Below are positions 1-9,855 of a stretch of 64,000 nucleotides of DNA, piece after piece. The position numbers and the translations under genes were made by a program. Each line of letters begins with the position of its first letter. Position 1 is the first letter of the stretch. Source of the stretch: an uncultured Polyangiaceae bacterium (GTDB lineage Bacteria; Myxococcota_A; Polyangia; Polyangiales; Polyangiaceae); NCBI GenBank assembly GCA_965369205.1, contig CBDUPW010000009.1, forward strand, positions 1,905-65,904, given 5' to 3'. Below the pieces are notes generated by a model that saw only the letters and a list, made by a program, of their open reading frames with translations, was not told the origin of the DNA and searched no databases.

Positions 1-19
1 CGAGTGGATATTCCGGGAC

Positions 20-544
20 ATGCAAGGCAACGAGCGAGAGACCGCTGCTGTGTTGCGACAACCCGAGCGCTTGGCGGCGGTGATGCATCTATGGCCAGGG
101 CATGCTCGCAACCAACAGGGTACCCACGAGCCGTTCCGGGAGTTCGTTCTGGTCAACGAATCGCAGGTGGAAAAACTTGAAATGGGCACACCCGAGGTCG
201 CTGAAGAGATCGCGCGCATGGCGAAACTTGCGGGGGCCCTGCGTCGGGCGGTGAAAAACGGGCTGCTGGATGCGCCCGTGAGCACCGATCTGGTGGAACT
301 CTGGACGTCTCGTTCGAGCGGGAACGAGTCGATGCGGGACCGCTACTTCCGAGCGTTGGCGTTCGGCAGCAGTGGGTATCGGCCCAGCACGGAGCTCGTG
401 GACTTGCTGGATCGCGCGATTCGGGAGTTGCCCAAGCAAGAGAAGTTCGAGCTTGTGCCGCGGGTCAAGTTCGCGGAGCAAGTGCCGGAGCCGCCACCCC
501 CGCGTAAGACCGTGCCCCGCAAGTGCTGGGGCACGTTCTGCTGA
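20..544 (+). CDS. hypothetical protein, possibly 5'-partial
   Basis: 174-aa ORF with balanced, non-repetitive composition, unlike the Arg/Pro-rich shadow ORFs. The frame is open from base 2 to the ATG at 20, so the start may lie outside the window. Its TGA overlaps the ATG of the next gene (TGATG, 542-546). No family motif recognised. It ends ...PRKCWGTFC. Confidence 0.45.
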   Translation: MQGNERETAAVLRQPERLAAVMHLWPGHARNQQGTHEPFREFVLVNESQVEKLEMGTPEVAEEIARMAKLAGALRRAVKNGLLDAPVSTDLVELWTSRSSGNESMRDRYFRALAFGSSGYRPSTELVDLLDRAIRELPKQEKFELVPRVKFAEQVPEPPPPRKTVPRKCWGTFC

Positions 545-1050
545 TGCCACGCAAGGTCGACAAGTCGGAGGCGCTGGCGCGTCTCGAAGCCGAGCGGGCC
601 TCGTCCGCCGAGCCCTGCCTGATGTGCGCGGTGCGTTCGGGGCAGATTGCGGCGGGGCCAGAGCTATTCTGTCAGGGCGGCGCCCGCGCGTTCTTGACGC
701 GCTACCCGATCCGCTGGGGACACGTGCTGGTGGTGCCGGACGTGCACGTGGAGCGCTTTCGCGATCTTTCCACCGCGCTTTGGAGCCAGTGCAACACGCT
801 TGCGCTGCGTGCGGCGCGCGTGTTGGAACGCAGCTTTGAACCGGCGCGTGTCTACGTTGCATCGTTGGGAGCGGCGGAGCCGCTGCTGCCGACGTGTCCA
901 CATTTGCATTTGCATGTCGTGCCCGTCGCGCACCGCAGCGAACGGCCGAGCCAGGTGTTGACCTGGGAGAACGGCGTGTTTGAGGCGTCCGACGCCGAGT
1001 GGAACGCGTTGCAGACGCGGCTGCTCCGCGTAGACGATGGCGCCTCCTAG
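544..1050 (+). CDS. HIT-family (histidine triad) protein
   Basis: Internal ATG at 544 of ORF 523..1050. Histidine triad CPHLHLHVVP near the C-terminus, with an upstream CLMC pair. About 168 aa, typical of HIT hydrolases/transferases. Confidence 0.8.
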   Translation: MPRKVDKSEALARLEAERASSAEPCLMCAVRSGQIAAGPELFCQGGARAFLTRYPIRWGHVLVVPDVHVERFRDLSTALWSQCNTLALRAARVLERSFEPARVYVASLGAAEPLLPTCPHLHLHVVPVAHRSERPSQVLTWENGVFEASDAEWNALQTRLLRVDDGAS

Positions 1051-1272
1051 CGGATGAGTGCAGCTGGGAGCGATTAGTGCGCCAGCGCGAGCAGTGCCCC
1101 GACCCCAAAACCACACCAACGCGCTGAGCCTGACAGATTGTCACCGCGACTGGGTTGGCCGGCTCCGCTGCGCCAGCTTGTCAAAACCGAAGGCTGGCTT
1201 CTAGCCGGAAACGGCCGGATCCGCGCGAGACGCAGCCTGGCACGAAACACGCACCTTGAAGTCGGCGCGCCC

Positions 1273-2292
1273 ATGAATCTCGATCGCTTCGGTCGGAGGC
1301 TTGCGCTGGTGTTGCTGCCAGTCGTGGGCATCGTCGTGTACTTCGCGCCGCGACCGGAACCCGTTCAGACCGACGCCGCGCCTAGCGCATTGCCCGATCC
1401 GGCGGGGATTGGGATCCCACCTAGCGAAGCATCTCCCCTGGGCAAAGCGTTGAACGAGCGTGGCGAAGCGGCATTGGCACCAAGTGGCACGCTACCGGTG
1501 GCACCTGCACCTCCGCCTCCGCGCAGACAGGGAGTGAATGCGCCGTCCAAGTCGACGCAGGTTGCGCGGGATCTACCTCTGGCACAAGCCGCAGACGCGC
1601 CGCATCCAAACGGGCCACGGGTGCGCAAACCGACCGTCGCGCTCGGTCCCTGCGGGGGCGTGACCGTGCGGGGCATCACCGACAGCCCGGATCCGGATTG
1701 GGCGTTTGCGATGCTAGCGCCGATGCCGACGGACCGAGCCAAGATCAGCAGAACGGGCGACCCGATTGGCTCCTATCGCGTGCAAAGCATCGAGTGGGAT
1801 CGCGTGTGGCTGATGGGGCCCGGTGGTCGCTGCGCCGTGCGCCTTGCCGAGGGTGTGCGTGAAGCAGCAGAGAGCGTGGGTGAAACGCCGCTGGTGGTCG
1901 ACCCCGGGCTACAGGCCACGACGGAGCCATGGCGCCTGAGTCGTGAGATTTCGAACTCGATCGAAGTGGTTGGAGCAACGGTGCGCGTGGACGCCGGTGT
2001 CGTCGACGCCATCTTCGACCGCGGCGCGCAATGGATCTCCGGAGTCAAAGTGGTTCCTAAGCGCGAAGCAGAGCGTGCCGTGGGCGTGGTCTTCGACGGT
2101 GTGCAAGAGGGCTCGTTGCTGCACCACGTGGGGATCCGTTCTGGCGACTTGCTGCGCACCTTGGACAGCACGCCTGCGGAGAGCCTGGCGCGCATCGGCG
2201 AGGCGCTGCTCGCAGCCCGCAAAGAGAAGCGCGTGCTGCTCGAGTTGGAGCGCGACGGCGCGCGACTGCAGATCCTGGTGCAGATGGTCTAA
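1273..2292 (+). CDS. membrane-anchored PDZ protein, type II secretion GspC-like
   Basis: ATG at 1273 gives MNLDRFGRRLALVLLPVVGIVVYFA (N-terminal TM helix), then a Pro/Ala-rich linker. The C-terminus has a PDZ-like segment (GVVFDGVQEGSLLHHVGIRSGDLLRTLDSTPAESLARIGEAL...LELERDGARLQILVQM) arranged as in GspC. No other T2SS genes are adjacent. Confidence 0.55.
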   Translation: MNLDRFGRRLALVLLPVVGIVVYFAPRPEPVQTDAAPSALPDPAGIGIPPSEASPLGKALNERGEAALAPSGTLPVAPAPPPPRRQGVNAPSKSTQVARDLPLAQAADAPHPNGPRVRKPTVALGPCGGVTVRGITDSPDPDWAFAMLAPMPTDRAKISRTGDPIGSYRVQSIEWDRVWLMGPGGRCAVRLAEGVREAAESVGETPLVVDPGLQATTEPWRLSREISNSIEVVGATVRVDAGVVDAIFDRGAQWISGVKVVPKREAERAVGVVFDGVQEGSLLHHVGIRSGDLLRTLDSTPAESLARIGEALLAARKEKRVLLELERDGARLQILVQMV

Positions 2293-2304
2293 GCCGAATG
2301 CGGC

Positions 2305-3423
2305 TCAGAACAAGTCGGTTGGGATCGGGAAGCCGAAGGCCTCGAGCTCGTCGACCTCGGCTTGGCTCAGGCTAATGGCCTCGAAGTTACCCTTGGTCGG
2401 GTCCTCGCCGAGGCCGTTGATCTTCACTTTGTCGACGCTGATGCTGCCCTTGGCCTGCCAGCGCCCGGGAATGGTCGGGTGTTTCACGAATGAGCCGGAA
2501 AACTTCGAGTTTTCTCCCTGCACCCGGATGGCACCGGAACCGATCGTCACGTCGATCAAGAACGGAGCCGTACCCAGACCAATGCTGCCGTCGGCTTCGT
2601 CTCTCACGAAACCATCTGCAGTGAAGACATAGCCGTCCGGAGGATCGGGCTCCGGCAGGAAGTCCACGAATTCTTCGATGGCCACCTGCTTTTCGCTTGG
2701 CTTCACGCAGCGCGCATTGGGGATGAGAGCGCAAATCGGCGTGTCGCCGTCGCAGGAGGGACAACCTGGGCGCGTGTTGAGCACTGACAGCCGATTGCCG
2801 TTGGTGAACTTCGAGCGCCAGGCGCCCGTCACGGGGTCGACTTCCATGTAGGCGTAGGTCTGGATTTGCGTGGACAAGAAGTCCACGTTCAAGAGCCAGT
2901 AGAAGTATCCGGACGGAAGCGAGTTCGGGCCGCCGCCCGGCAGCACGAAAGTAAACGGCAGACGATCCCGTGGCACTGTCGCGTGGCCGTCCAGGTCTTC
3001 GAGGCCGGGTTCGACGAGCACCAAGTACGGTAGCGAAGAGCCGAAGGCTTTGTCGGGCGTCACCGTGATACGGCGGCCCTGGATCTCGACCTTGGCACCG
3101 AAGGTGGCTTCTTCGTCGTCCTCCCGGGCGCCGTCGTACGCCGCGATGGTCCGTGTGCGAAACTGCTCCAGATCCGGCGGCTTCGTCTCGTCTAGCAGGC
3201 TCTTCTCGCCGTCGAGGATGGCGGGCACGATCTTGAGCCGCAGCGTCGAACGCACGAAGGCTTCGGACACCTCGAGTACGAGCGGGTCTGCGGGGGCAGT
3301 GCTCATGATGCCGTTGTCCGAGCCAATGATCTTGACGTCGGGCGGGGGGTCAAAGGTCTCGCAGCCGAACGTGGGCGCCACGAACGCTGTCAGCCAGAAC
3401 AGGACTTTGAGGGGGCGTTGCAT
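2305..3423 (-). CDS. lipoprotein of unknown function (downstream partner of the outer-membrane barrel)
   Basis: Internal ATG at 3423 gives MQRPLKVLFWLTAFVAPTFGC (signal peptide plus lipobox Cys). The start lies 2 nt after the stop of the upstream gene at 3426. The longer ORF-track N-terminus is Arg/Pro-rich and looks non-coding. Confidence 0.7.
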   Translation of the reverse strand: MQRPLKVLFWLTAFVAPTFGCETFDPPPDVKIIGSDNGIMSTAPADPLVLEVSEAFVRSTLRLKIVPAILDGEKSLLDETKPPDLEQFRTRTIAAYDGAREDDEEATFGAKVEIQGRRITVTPDKAFGSSLPYLVLVEPGLEDLDGHATVPRDRLPFTFVLPGGGPNSLPSGYFYWLLNVDFLSTQIQTYAYMEVDPVTGAWRSKFTNGNRLSVLNTRPGCPSCDGDTPICALIPNARCVKPSEKQVAIEEFVDFLPEPDPPDGYVFTADGFVRDEADGSIGLGTAPFLIDVTIGSGAIRVQGENSKFSGSFVKHPTIPGRWQAKGSISVDKVKINGLGEDPTKGNFEAISLSQAEVDELEAFGFPIPTDLF

Positions 3424-3425
3424 GG

Positions 3426-5063
3426 CTAGAACACGAAGGTCGTGCGGCCCTGAATGAGGACGCTGCGGGCTGCCTGTTGGTTCTCGTCCTCCAGGGCGTC
3501 TCCAGGAAAGAGTATCGCACCTTCCAGATCGAACAAGAAGTGGTCCATGAACTTCCACTGAACGCGGCCGTCGAGCTCCACGCCGTAGAAATCCCCGGGC
3601 CGGCCGCCGTGGAAGTTCACGAGGTCGTCTTCGATTTCTCGGCCGTCTCTGCGTTTGAGCGACTCGATGGGATCCACCAAGCTCGAGGGCGCCCACGCTG
3701 CCAGCACACCGCCTCGCAGCAACAGGTTGTCGATGGGGCGCAGATCAAACTGCGGAAATAGCGCGAGCGCGCTGGTGAACGAGCCTTCACTGTCGACGCG
3801 TTCCGAAGGGAAGGTCTTGGCCCCCACCCGCCGCAACAGCTCCACGCCGGATGCGCTGCTGCGTGCGGACTCGAAGTGGAGCACCCGCTCGAACATCAAC
3901 AGACCCACGTTGGCGTCCTCGGCGAAGTACAATTGCGTGAGCGGTGTGCCCGGGTTGGGATCGCGATCTCCTGACGCGTAGTCGAACTCGAGATAGGCGG
4001 TCCACGCTGGCTCGTCCCAGCGGGCGACCGCACGCGCGCCCCATTGATTCACCCGCTGACGCACGATCGGGTCGTTGTTGATCAAGCTCAGCGCGTCGCT
4101 GACTTCCAGCGTGCGGCCTTGAATCGTCACGCCCTCCGCTCCGAAACTGAACTTGTCCACTTTGGTCAGGACGCGCAGCTGCGCGATGCTGATGTTCGTG
4201 TCGAAATTCGATTCCCAGCGGTGCGCCGTGACCCCTTGCACCACCAGATTCGTGCGACGCCCCGGGTTGGGCGCCATATACTTGATGACGCCTCCAGCGC
4301 TTTGCAGGTCGTCTCCAAACAAGCGGATCTGCTCGGAGGAAACCCGGTCGTAGAACACCGCGACCAACAGGCCACGATCCCGCGAACGGTCGCGTTCCGC
4401 TTCGGGTTTCAGCCCTTCGAGAGGCTTGGTCGCAAACAGGATGCGATCCACGCTGTCCCCGGCGTTTGCGTAGCCGAAGCGGTTACCCCGCCCGTCACCG
4501 TCCGATACGAGCACGCCCGTGCCCTCCACCGCGGGCTGCCGACCGATGCGAACGACGCCGATGCCCGTGGCAACTTCCCCATACAAACGTCGCAGCTTGA
4601 AGGGTTCGCTGGGCAGCAGCACGTAGCCGTAGCTGTCTGGGTCGAGTTCGTCGCCGCCGACGTACCCCACCCCCACCTTGGCATTATTCGGATTGGTGGC
4701 GGCCGCGCGCGTACCGCTATTCGGGCTCGGCGACGCTCCGAACGTGCCGTTGTCGCCCCAGAGCGTGCCGTCGAGGGCGTCAGCGCTCATCACGAGCTTG
4801 ACCTTCTCTTCGTAGTCCAAAGTCATGTCGAGCCGCAGCCGGTGCTCGACCCAACTGGCGCGGCGATGCTTCACTCCGCTCAGGTCAACTGGGTTCACAT
4901 ACAGCCAATTGGCGCGGTACTCCGCGCCCGCCGTGACGCCGGTTTCTCCGAACTCGTGGCGCGTGGGTGCGCCCAGGCCGTCGTCGTCCGCCCAAGGCTC
5001 GCTGTCGGCCAAAGCGGTGCTGGCAAAACTGAGTGCGCAGGCACCCGCCAATAGCCTCCTCAT
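3426..5063 (-). CDS. outer-membrane beta-barrel protein (alginate-export/porin-like)
   Basis: Signal peptide MRRLLAGACALSFASTALA. Alternating amphipathic strands rich in Y/R/D/G. C-terminal ...GRTTFVF with a terminal Phe, typical of BAM substrates. Confidence 0.7.
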   Translation of the reverse strand: MRRLLAGACALSFASTALADSEPWADDDGLGAPTRHEFGETGVTAGAEYRANWLYVNPVDLSGVKHRRASWVEHRLRLDMTLDYEEKVKLVMSADALDGTLWGDNGTFGASPSPNSGTRAAATNPNNAKVGVGYVGGDELDPDSYGYVLLPSEPFKLRRLYGEVATGIGVVRIGRQPAVEGTGVLVSDGDGRGNRFGYANAGDSVDRILFATKPLEGLKPEAERDRSRDRGLLVAVFYDRVSSEQIRLFGDDLQSAGGVIKYMAPNPGRRTNLVVQGVTAHRWESNFDTNISIAQLRVLTKVDKFSFGAEGVTIQGRTLEVSDALSLINNDPIVRQRVNQWGARAVARWDEPAWTAYLEFDYASGDRDPNPGTPLTQLYFAEDANVGLLMFERVLHFESARSSASGVELLRRVGAKTFPSERVDSEGSFTSALALFPQFDLRPIDNLLLRGGVLAAWAPSSLVDPIESLKRRDGREIEDDLVNFHGGRPGDFYGVELDGRVQWKFMDHFLFDLEGAILFPGDALEDENQQAARSVLIQGRTTFVF

Positions 5064-5176
5064 CGTGCCGCCACGTTACCGGAGGTCGCGAGCCAGACAA
5101 AGCACGAATCAAGCGCAGCTAGCGTGCGTCGTGGGCCGGCTGCACAACCGCACACGCAGCATGGTAGGATCCCCCC

Positions 5177-5755
5177 ATGATCCGTCGAAGGCTCCGCTGC
5201 GCCGTGTCATGGGGCGTTGGGCTCTCGGTCGCGCTGGGGGTGCTTGCCGTGAGCGAAGACGCACGCGCGCTCAAGCCCGGTTTTACCTGGGAGCGCGCGA
5301 CCCTGAACGGCGGGCCGCGTCTCGCCACCGACGACCTCAACTTTGGGCTTGGCATCAACGGGGGCTACACCCTCAACCAAGGCGTGTACCTGGGCGGCCT
5401 CTTCAACTACTTCTTGGGCGAGAAGAGCGAAAGCAGCTTCGGCCCAACCCGGATCGAGTACGACTTCGACGCGTGGTTCTTGATGTTCGAAGGTGGTTAC
5501 GATTTTGGTCTGGCGCCAAAGCTCGTGGTTCGCCCGACCTTCGCCATGGGGATCGTCCGTGCGCACGGCGAAGTGTGTGTGATCAACCCTGCCGGCAGTG
5601 ACTGCGACTCGCACTCGGACTCGGAGTTCCAAGCTGCGGCGAGTGGGCAGATCCTTTACGACATGGGCGGCCTGACCATTGGCGGCGAAATGCGGCTGTT
5701 TTTCGCGGAGTTTGAGGGGATCTGGTTCGGCTTCAACATCGGCGGCGCGTTCTAG
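5177..5755 (+). CDS. small outer-membrane beta-barrel protein (OmpA/OmpW-like porin family)
   Basis: Signal peptide ending ...AVSEDARA. Gly/Tyr/Phe-rich alternating strands (GINGGYTLNQGVYLGGLFNYFLG). Terminal ...FNIGGAF. Confidence 0.6.
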   Translation: MIRRRLRCAVSWGVGLSVALGVLAVSEDARALKPGFTWERATLNGGPRLATDDLNFGLGINGGYTLNQGVYLGGLFNYFLGEKSESSFGPTRIEYDFDAWFLMFEGGYDFGLAPKLVVRPTFAMGIVRAHGEVCVINPAGSDCDSHSDSEFQAAASGQILYDMGGLTIGGEMRLFFAEFEGIWFGFNIGGAF

Positions 5756-5816
5756 ATCGGACCCAAACCCAGGCTATGCTCAGCTGACCCCGCGGGCTAA
5801 CCTACGCCCGAAAGTC

Positions 5817-6806
5817 ATGCCGCGAAGAGTTCTTGTCACCGGTGGCGCCGGGTTCATCGGATCGCACGTGGTCGATCACCTTCTGAAAGCGGGTGACTCT
5901 GTCGTTGCCTTCGACAACTTCGATCCCTACTACGCCGTCGATCAAAAGCGGCGCAACGTCGCGTGGGCACTCGCCCAGCCGGCGTACGAGCTGATCGAAG
6001 CGGACGTGCGGGATCGCGCCGCCGTCGATGACGCCATGCGTCGTTGTCGCCCCGATGCCATCGTGCACCTGGCCGCGAAAGCTGGTGTCCGGGCCAGTGT
6101 CGAGCACCCGAGCGATTACCTGCAGGTCAATGAGCAGGGTGGGCTGAACGTGCTTGAAGCCGCTCGGGAGCAGGGCAACGTGCCAGTCGCCTACGCGTCC
6201 ACGTCCTCCGTCTACGGTGCGACGAAGGTGGTGCCGTTTCGGGAGGACGACCCCGCCATGGGGCCACTCTCGCCCTATGCGGCGAGCAAGCGCGGAGCCG
6301 AGCTGATGGTGCACGCGCTGCACCATCTGCACGCGCAGCCGATCTGCGTTCTGCGCTTCTTCACCGTCTACGGACCCCGAGGGCGCCCGGACATGGCCGT
6401 GCACACCTTCACGCGGAAGCTTCTCGCCGGTGAGAGCATTCGACTACATGGGGAGAAGACCGAACGCGACTTCACCTACGTCGACGACATCGCGCGCGGT
6501 GTTCTGGGCGCGCTGGCTTGGGCCAGCGAGGGGTCTCGCCTGGGCACTTTCAATCTGGGCTGCAGCGAGCCGGTGCGGGTGCGCCGCTTGATTGAGATCA
6601 TGGCGGCGGCGCTGGGCGTGGAGGCCAAGGTGGAGCTGGGCGAGCTCGGAGCCAGTGAGAGCCCGGTAACCGCCGCAAACGTGGAAAAAGCCCACGCTGC
6701 ATTCGGCTATGCGCCTCGTGTATCGCTGCCCGAAGGCATCGATCACTGGGTGAAATGGTGTCGCGAGAGCAACGAAGCACCCCAGGAGCTCAAAGGCCCC
6801 AAGTGA
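5817..6806 (+). CDS. NAD-dependent nucleotide-sugar epimerase/dehydratase (SDR family)
   Basis: ATG at 5817. Rossmann motif VLVTGGAGFIGSH. Catalytic YxxxK (YAASKRGAE). Length and order of motifs match UDP-glucuronate/UDP-glucose 4-epimerase-type SDRs. Confidence 0.9.
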   Translation: MPRRVLVTGGAGFIGSHVVDHLLKAGDSVVAFDNFDPYYAVDQKRRNVAWALAQPAYELIEADVRDRAAVDDAMRRCRPDAIVHLAAKAGVRASVEHPSDYLQVNEQGGLNVLEAAREQGNVPVAYASTSSVYGATKVVPFREDDPAMGPLSPYAASKRGAELMVHALHHLHAQPICVLRFFTVYGPRGRPDMAVHTFTRKLLAGESIRLHGEKTERDFTYVDDIARGVLGALAWASEGSRLGTFNLGCSEPVRVRRLIEIMAAALGVEAKVELGELGASESPVTAANVEKAHAAFGYAPRVSLPEGIDHWVKWCRESNEAPQELKGPK

Positions 6807-7804
6807 GCGAGCGCGAAGGCATCGCATCGGAAGCTTCCGCAGCAGCAGACATCGCAGGCGCGGCCCCGGCAGCGGCCACGTTGCCGCTGTGGCGCCGGGT
6901 GTTGCCCTTTGTGATTGCCTTGGTTCTGCTGGCGTTTGTCGTGGGTCGTTTGGACTGGGCAACCTTTGGTCGTGCGCTGTCCTCGATCAACTACGTAGCC
7001 TTCGTGGCATTCACCTTGGTGTTTTCCGCTGCGCTCTTGACCTCGGACACGTTTGCGACGGCGCACATCTACCGCACGCGGATCTGTCCGGTGCGTTTTC
7101 GTGAGCTGTTCGTGATCCGTGCGGCTAGCTACTTGCCGAGCCTCCTCAACCACCATGTGGGACAGGGCTGGCTCACGTACTTCATGGCGAAGAACTACAA
7201 AGCGCCGCTGTGGCGTGTGACCGGCGCCACGCTGCTCGTGTACGCCACGACCTTTGCGTGTTTGTTCTTGCTGGGGGCAGCCGCTCTGCCCTTCAACTAC
7301 GAACGCATCGGCTGGCTCTTGCCCACGGTGGTGACCATCGGCGTTGCGGGCGTTGTCTACATGATTGTCGTGGCCGCAAAGCCCAAGGTGTTGCGCGAGA
7401 TGCAGGCCACCGCGCCGTTGATGGAGGCAGGGGTGGGTGGTCATCTGCTCGCGCTGGCGTACCGCTTGCCGCATGTTGTGGTGTTGTTCTGCGGAACGCT
7501 GGCACCCTTTTGGTTTTTTGGGGTGCGTGTCCCGGTGCAAGATGCCCTGGCGTTCATTCCCGTCATCATGCTCGTGTCCGCTCTGCCCATTACCCCCCAG
7601 GGCATTGGCACCCGGGACGTCATCGCGCTGCAGTTGCTTGCGGGCTACGCAGCCGGCGGACCGGACGAGCGCGCCGCAACCCTCGCCGCCGCGACGCTGA
7701 CCTGGGCAGGCGCCCTCACTTTGGTGCAGGCCGGAGTGTCGCCGTGGTTCATGCGCCGCGCGCAGCGCTTGCTGCGCGAGGGCGAGAGCGGCACGGCGGA
7801 TTAG
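6803..7804 (+). CDS. flippase-like / lysyl-phosphatidylglycerol-synthase TM-region family membrane protein (UPF0104)
   Basis: GTG at 6803 overlaps the epimerase stop (GTGA). Multiple TM helices. Family-typical LPITPQGIGTRD motif. Confidence 0.7.
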   Translation: MSEREGIASEASAAADIAGAAPAAATLPLWRRVLPFVIALVLLAFVVGRLDWATFGRALSSINYVAFVAFTLVFSAALLTSDTFATAHIYRTRICPVRFRELFVIRAASYLPSLLNHHVGQGWLTYFMAKNYKAPLWRVTGATLLVYATTFACLFLLGAAALPFNYERIGWLLPTVVTIGVAGVVYMIVVAAKPKVLREMQATAPLMEAGVGGHLLALAYRLPHVVVLFCGTLAPFWFFGVRVPVQDALAFIPVIMLVSALPITPQGIGTRDVIALQLLAGYAAGGPDERAATLAAATLTWAGALTLVQAGVSPWFMRRAQRLLREGESGTAD

Positions 7805-7865
7805 AACCGCCGTGCACTCCAGCACTTCGTTGCGCACGGACCGGTGACGTGCTTCGCTGCGCGCC

Positions 7866-9023
7866 ATGATCGGGGACCGACGACTTCCTACATTCTTGAG
7901 CGCCACTTTGATCGCCATTGCTGCCGGGGCGAGCGCGTGTTCTAGCGACGACGCTGCGGGGGGTGGTGGCACTGGCGGCGTGAGCACGGATGGCGGCGGT
8001 GGCTTCGCCGCCGGGTTCACGGGCGGGACCGGGGGCGCTTCCGGCAGCGCCGGCGCAAGTGGCTCCGGCACGGGCGGGATCCCGAATCCGCCGCCCAAGC
8101 CCACTCCCGCGGACATCCAATTTTCGTCGGTGAATCCCTTGGCACCCGGCGAGCAGCTTTTGTTTGCGGATTGGGGTGCGAGCCCCAACACCCTGTCCAC
8201 CATCCTGCCCGACGGCACGAAAGAGCAAGTTGTCTTTCGCGCCTATCGTCTGTGGAGTGTTGGTGTGACGCCTGACGGTGCCAAGATCGCCTTTGCTTCG
8301 GGCGATCCGAATCAGGAACAGAACTACGGTTTGAAGTTCGGCGACTCCATCCAACACACTTGGTTATACGACGCCGCCACGCAAACCGCCGAAGTCTTGG
8401 CCTACGGCAACATCAACGACGAATGTCACCTGTTCAACGCGGACGCCTCCAAGTTGTACGTTTGCCGCCGCTATGACTTCGTAGAAGACGGCACAACTTC
8501 CATTTCCAAAGGCTACCAGCTGGGGCGCCTGACAGTGGCCGACGGCACATTCGAGTTCCTGACGCCGGTGCCACAGAATCGTTTCGAGCTCCACCCCACG
8601 CCCCTTGGGGACGAGTCGACGCTGTTGTTCACTCAGATCGATATCGTCGGCGGTAACGCCGCGCGGGCCATACGCAAACTGACCCTGGCGGACGATACGC
8701 GAGCCGTCGTCAAGAACACCGCTACCCTAGAGAGCATTTCTCCGGACGGTTCGAAGATGGTGTACCGAGATCATACCGACGCTGGAAAGCTATACGTCGC
8801 CGACATCGACGGACTGAATCCTGTGCGTGTCACGAGCACCGCCGGGACTGACGGTAGGTTCTCGCCGGACGGGTTGCGTATCGCGTACTTGTACGGGGAA
8901 ACTCAGTCCTGCAGCCACATCGAGATCGTGATGGCCGACGGCAGCACTGCCGACACGCCAGATCGCGTCCGCGATTGCGGCACGCAGTTCATTACGGATC
9001 TCGAGTGGATCAAACGGCCATGA
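7866..9023 (+). CDS. lipoprotein with TolB-like WD40 beta-propeller repeats
   Basis: Lipobox LIAIAAGASAC, followed by a Gly-rich linker. Repeated SPDG-type blades (TPDGAKIAF, SPDGSKMVY, SPDGLRIAY). Confidence 0.65.
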   Translation: MIGDRRLPTFLSATLIAIAAGASACSSDDAAGGGGTGGVSTDGGGGFAAGFTGGTGGASGSAGASGSGTGGIPNPPPKPTPADIQFSSVNPLAPGEQLLFADWGASPNTLSTILPDGTKEQVVFRAYRLWSVGVTPDGAKIAFASGDPNQEQNYGLKFGDSIQHTWLYDAATQTAEVLAYGNINDECHLFNADASKLYVCRRYDFVEDGTTSISKGYQLGRLTVADGTFEFLTPVPQNRFELHPTPLGDESTLLFTQIDIVGGNAARAIRKLTLADDTRAVVKNTATLESISPDGSKMVYRDHTDAGKLYVADIDGLNPVRVTSTAGTDGRFSPDGLRIAYLYGETQSCSHIEIVMADGSTADTPDRVRDCGTQFITDLEWIKRP

Positions 9024-9844
9024 CGCCCGGGCGCCCATGGCTGCGGGGTGTGTGCGCGCTTTCCCTGATCGCCAGCGTGGCTGGCGCCCAAGCTGCGCCG
9101 AAGCAGCCGACCACCGCACCGAAAGACAAACCCGCTGCCCCAAAGAGCGCTCCGGCGCAGGATCCGAAAGCGGCTCCCGACGTCGCACCTGCCGCCGCCT
9201 CCCCGCCCGCGGAGGTGGGGCCCGCGCAGGCACCGCCAAGCCCAGCGTCCGCCGCACCCAGCCCCCCCGCCGCAGCGCCGGGCTACGCGCCGGGACAGCC
9301 GCCGCCAGGTTGGGCGCCGCAGTACGCGCCCCAGCCCTATTGGCCGCCGCCGGGCTACGTGCCTGTGGTGATCACCGGTGATCCCTCGCCGCTGACGGTT
9401 TCGCTCTCCTACGACAAGAAGTCCCCCGCCATCGTGCAGTGCGGCGGCGATTGTACCGTGTACGTGCCGCCGCGGGAGTATTGGATCACGGTCGAAGAAT
9501 CCCCCGAGACAGTGGGCGGCAAGCGCAGCATCGAAGTCAACGGTCCCACGCGTCTCGAAGTCGAACCGCGCACCAAAAGCAGTCGCTCTACCGGTCTCGC
9601 TATGGGCATCGGCGGTATCGGCCTGCTGGTGGTTGGCACAGTCGCAATGATGGCTGGCCTGGTGCAAAGCATCGACAACAGCGTGGACAGCGACGGCGGA
9701 CGCCGCAACAACGACGACGGGACCAGCTTGCTGCTGCTCGGCCTGGCCGGGTTTACCGCGGGCGCTGTGCTCACGCCCGTCGGTTGGGTCAAGTTTGGAC
9801 GCTCCGCGCCCGGCGTGAACGTGCAGGCGCTGCAGGCCCGCTGA
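9020..9844 (+). CDS. Pro-rich secreted protein with C-terminal TM anchor
   Basis: ATG at 9020 overlaps the preceding stop (ATGA). Signal peptide ...ASVAGAQA. A long P/A-rich segment, then a globular part and a TM helix GLAMGIGGIGLLVVGTVAMMAGLV. Confidence 0.55.
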   Translation: MTPGRPWLRGVCALSLIASVAGAQAAPKQPTTAPKDKPAAPKSAPAQDPKAAPDVAPAAASPPAEVGPAQAPPSPASAAPSPPAAAPGYAPGQPPPGWAPQYAPQPYWPPPGYVPVVITGDPSPLTVSLSYDKKSPAIVQCGGDCTVYVPPREYWITVEESPETVGGKRSIEVNGPTRLEVEPRTKSSRSTGLAMGIGGIGLLVVGTVAMMAGLVQSIDNSVDSDGGRRNNDDGTSLLLLGLAGFTAGAVLTPVGWVKFGRSAPGVNVQALQAR

Positions 9845-9855
9845 GCCGGATCCGG

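Noticed and set aside
89-1144. 351-aa minus-strand ORF across the first two genes
   Set aside because: It is an Arg/Ala/Pro-rich shadow ORF. The + strand carries a clear histidine-triad protein.
6743-8218. 491-aa minus-strand ORF spanning the flippase-like gene and the start of the TolB-like gene
   Set aside because: Arg/Pro/Gly/His-rich composition typical of out-of-frame or antisense ORFs in GC-rich DNA. The + strand genes have clear family motifs.
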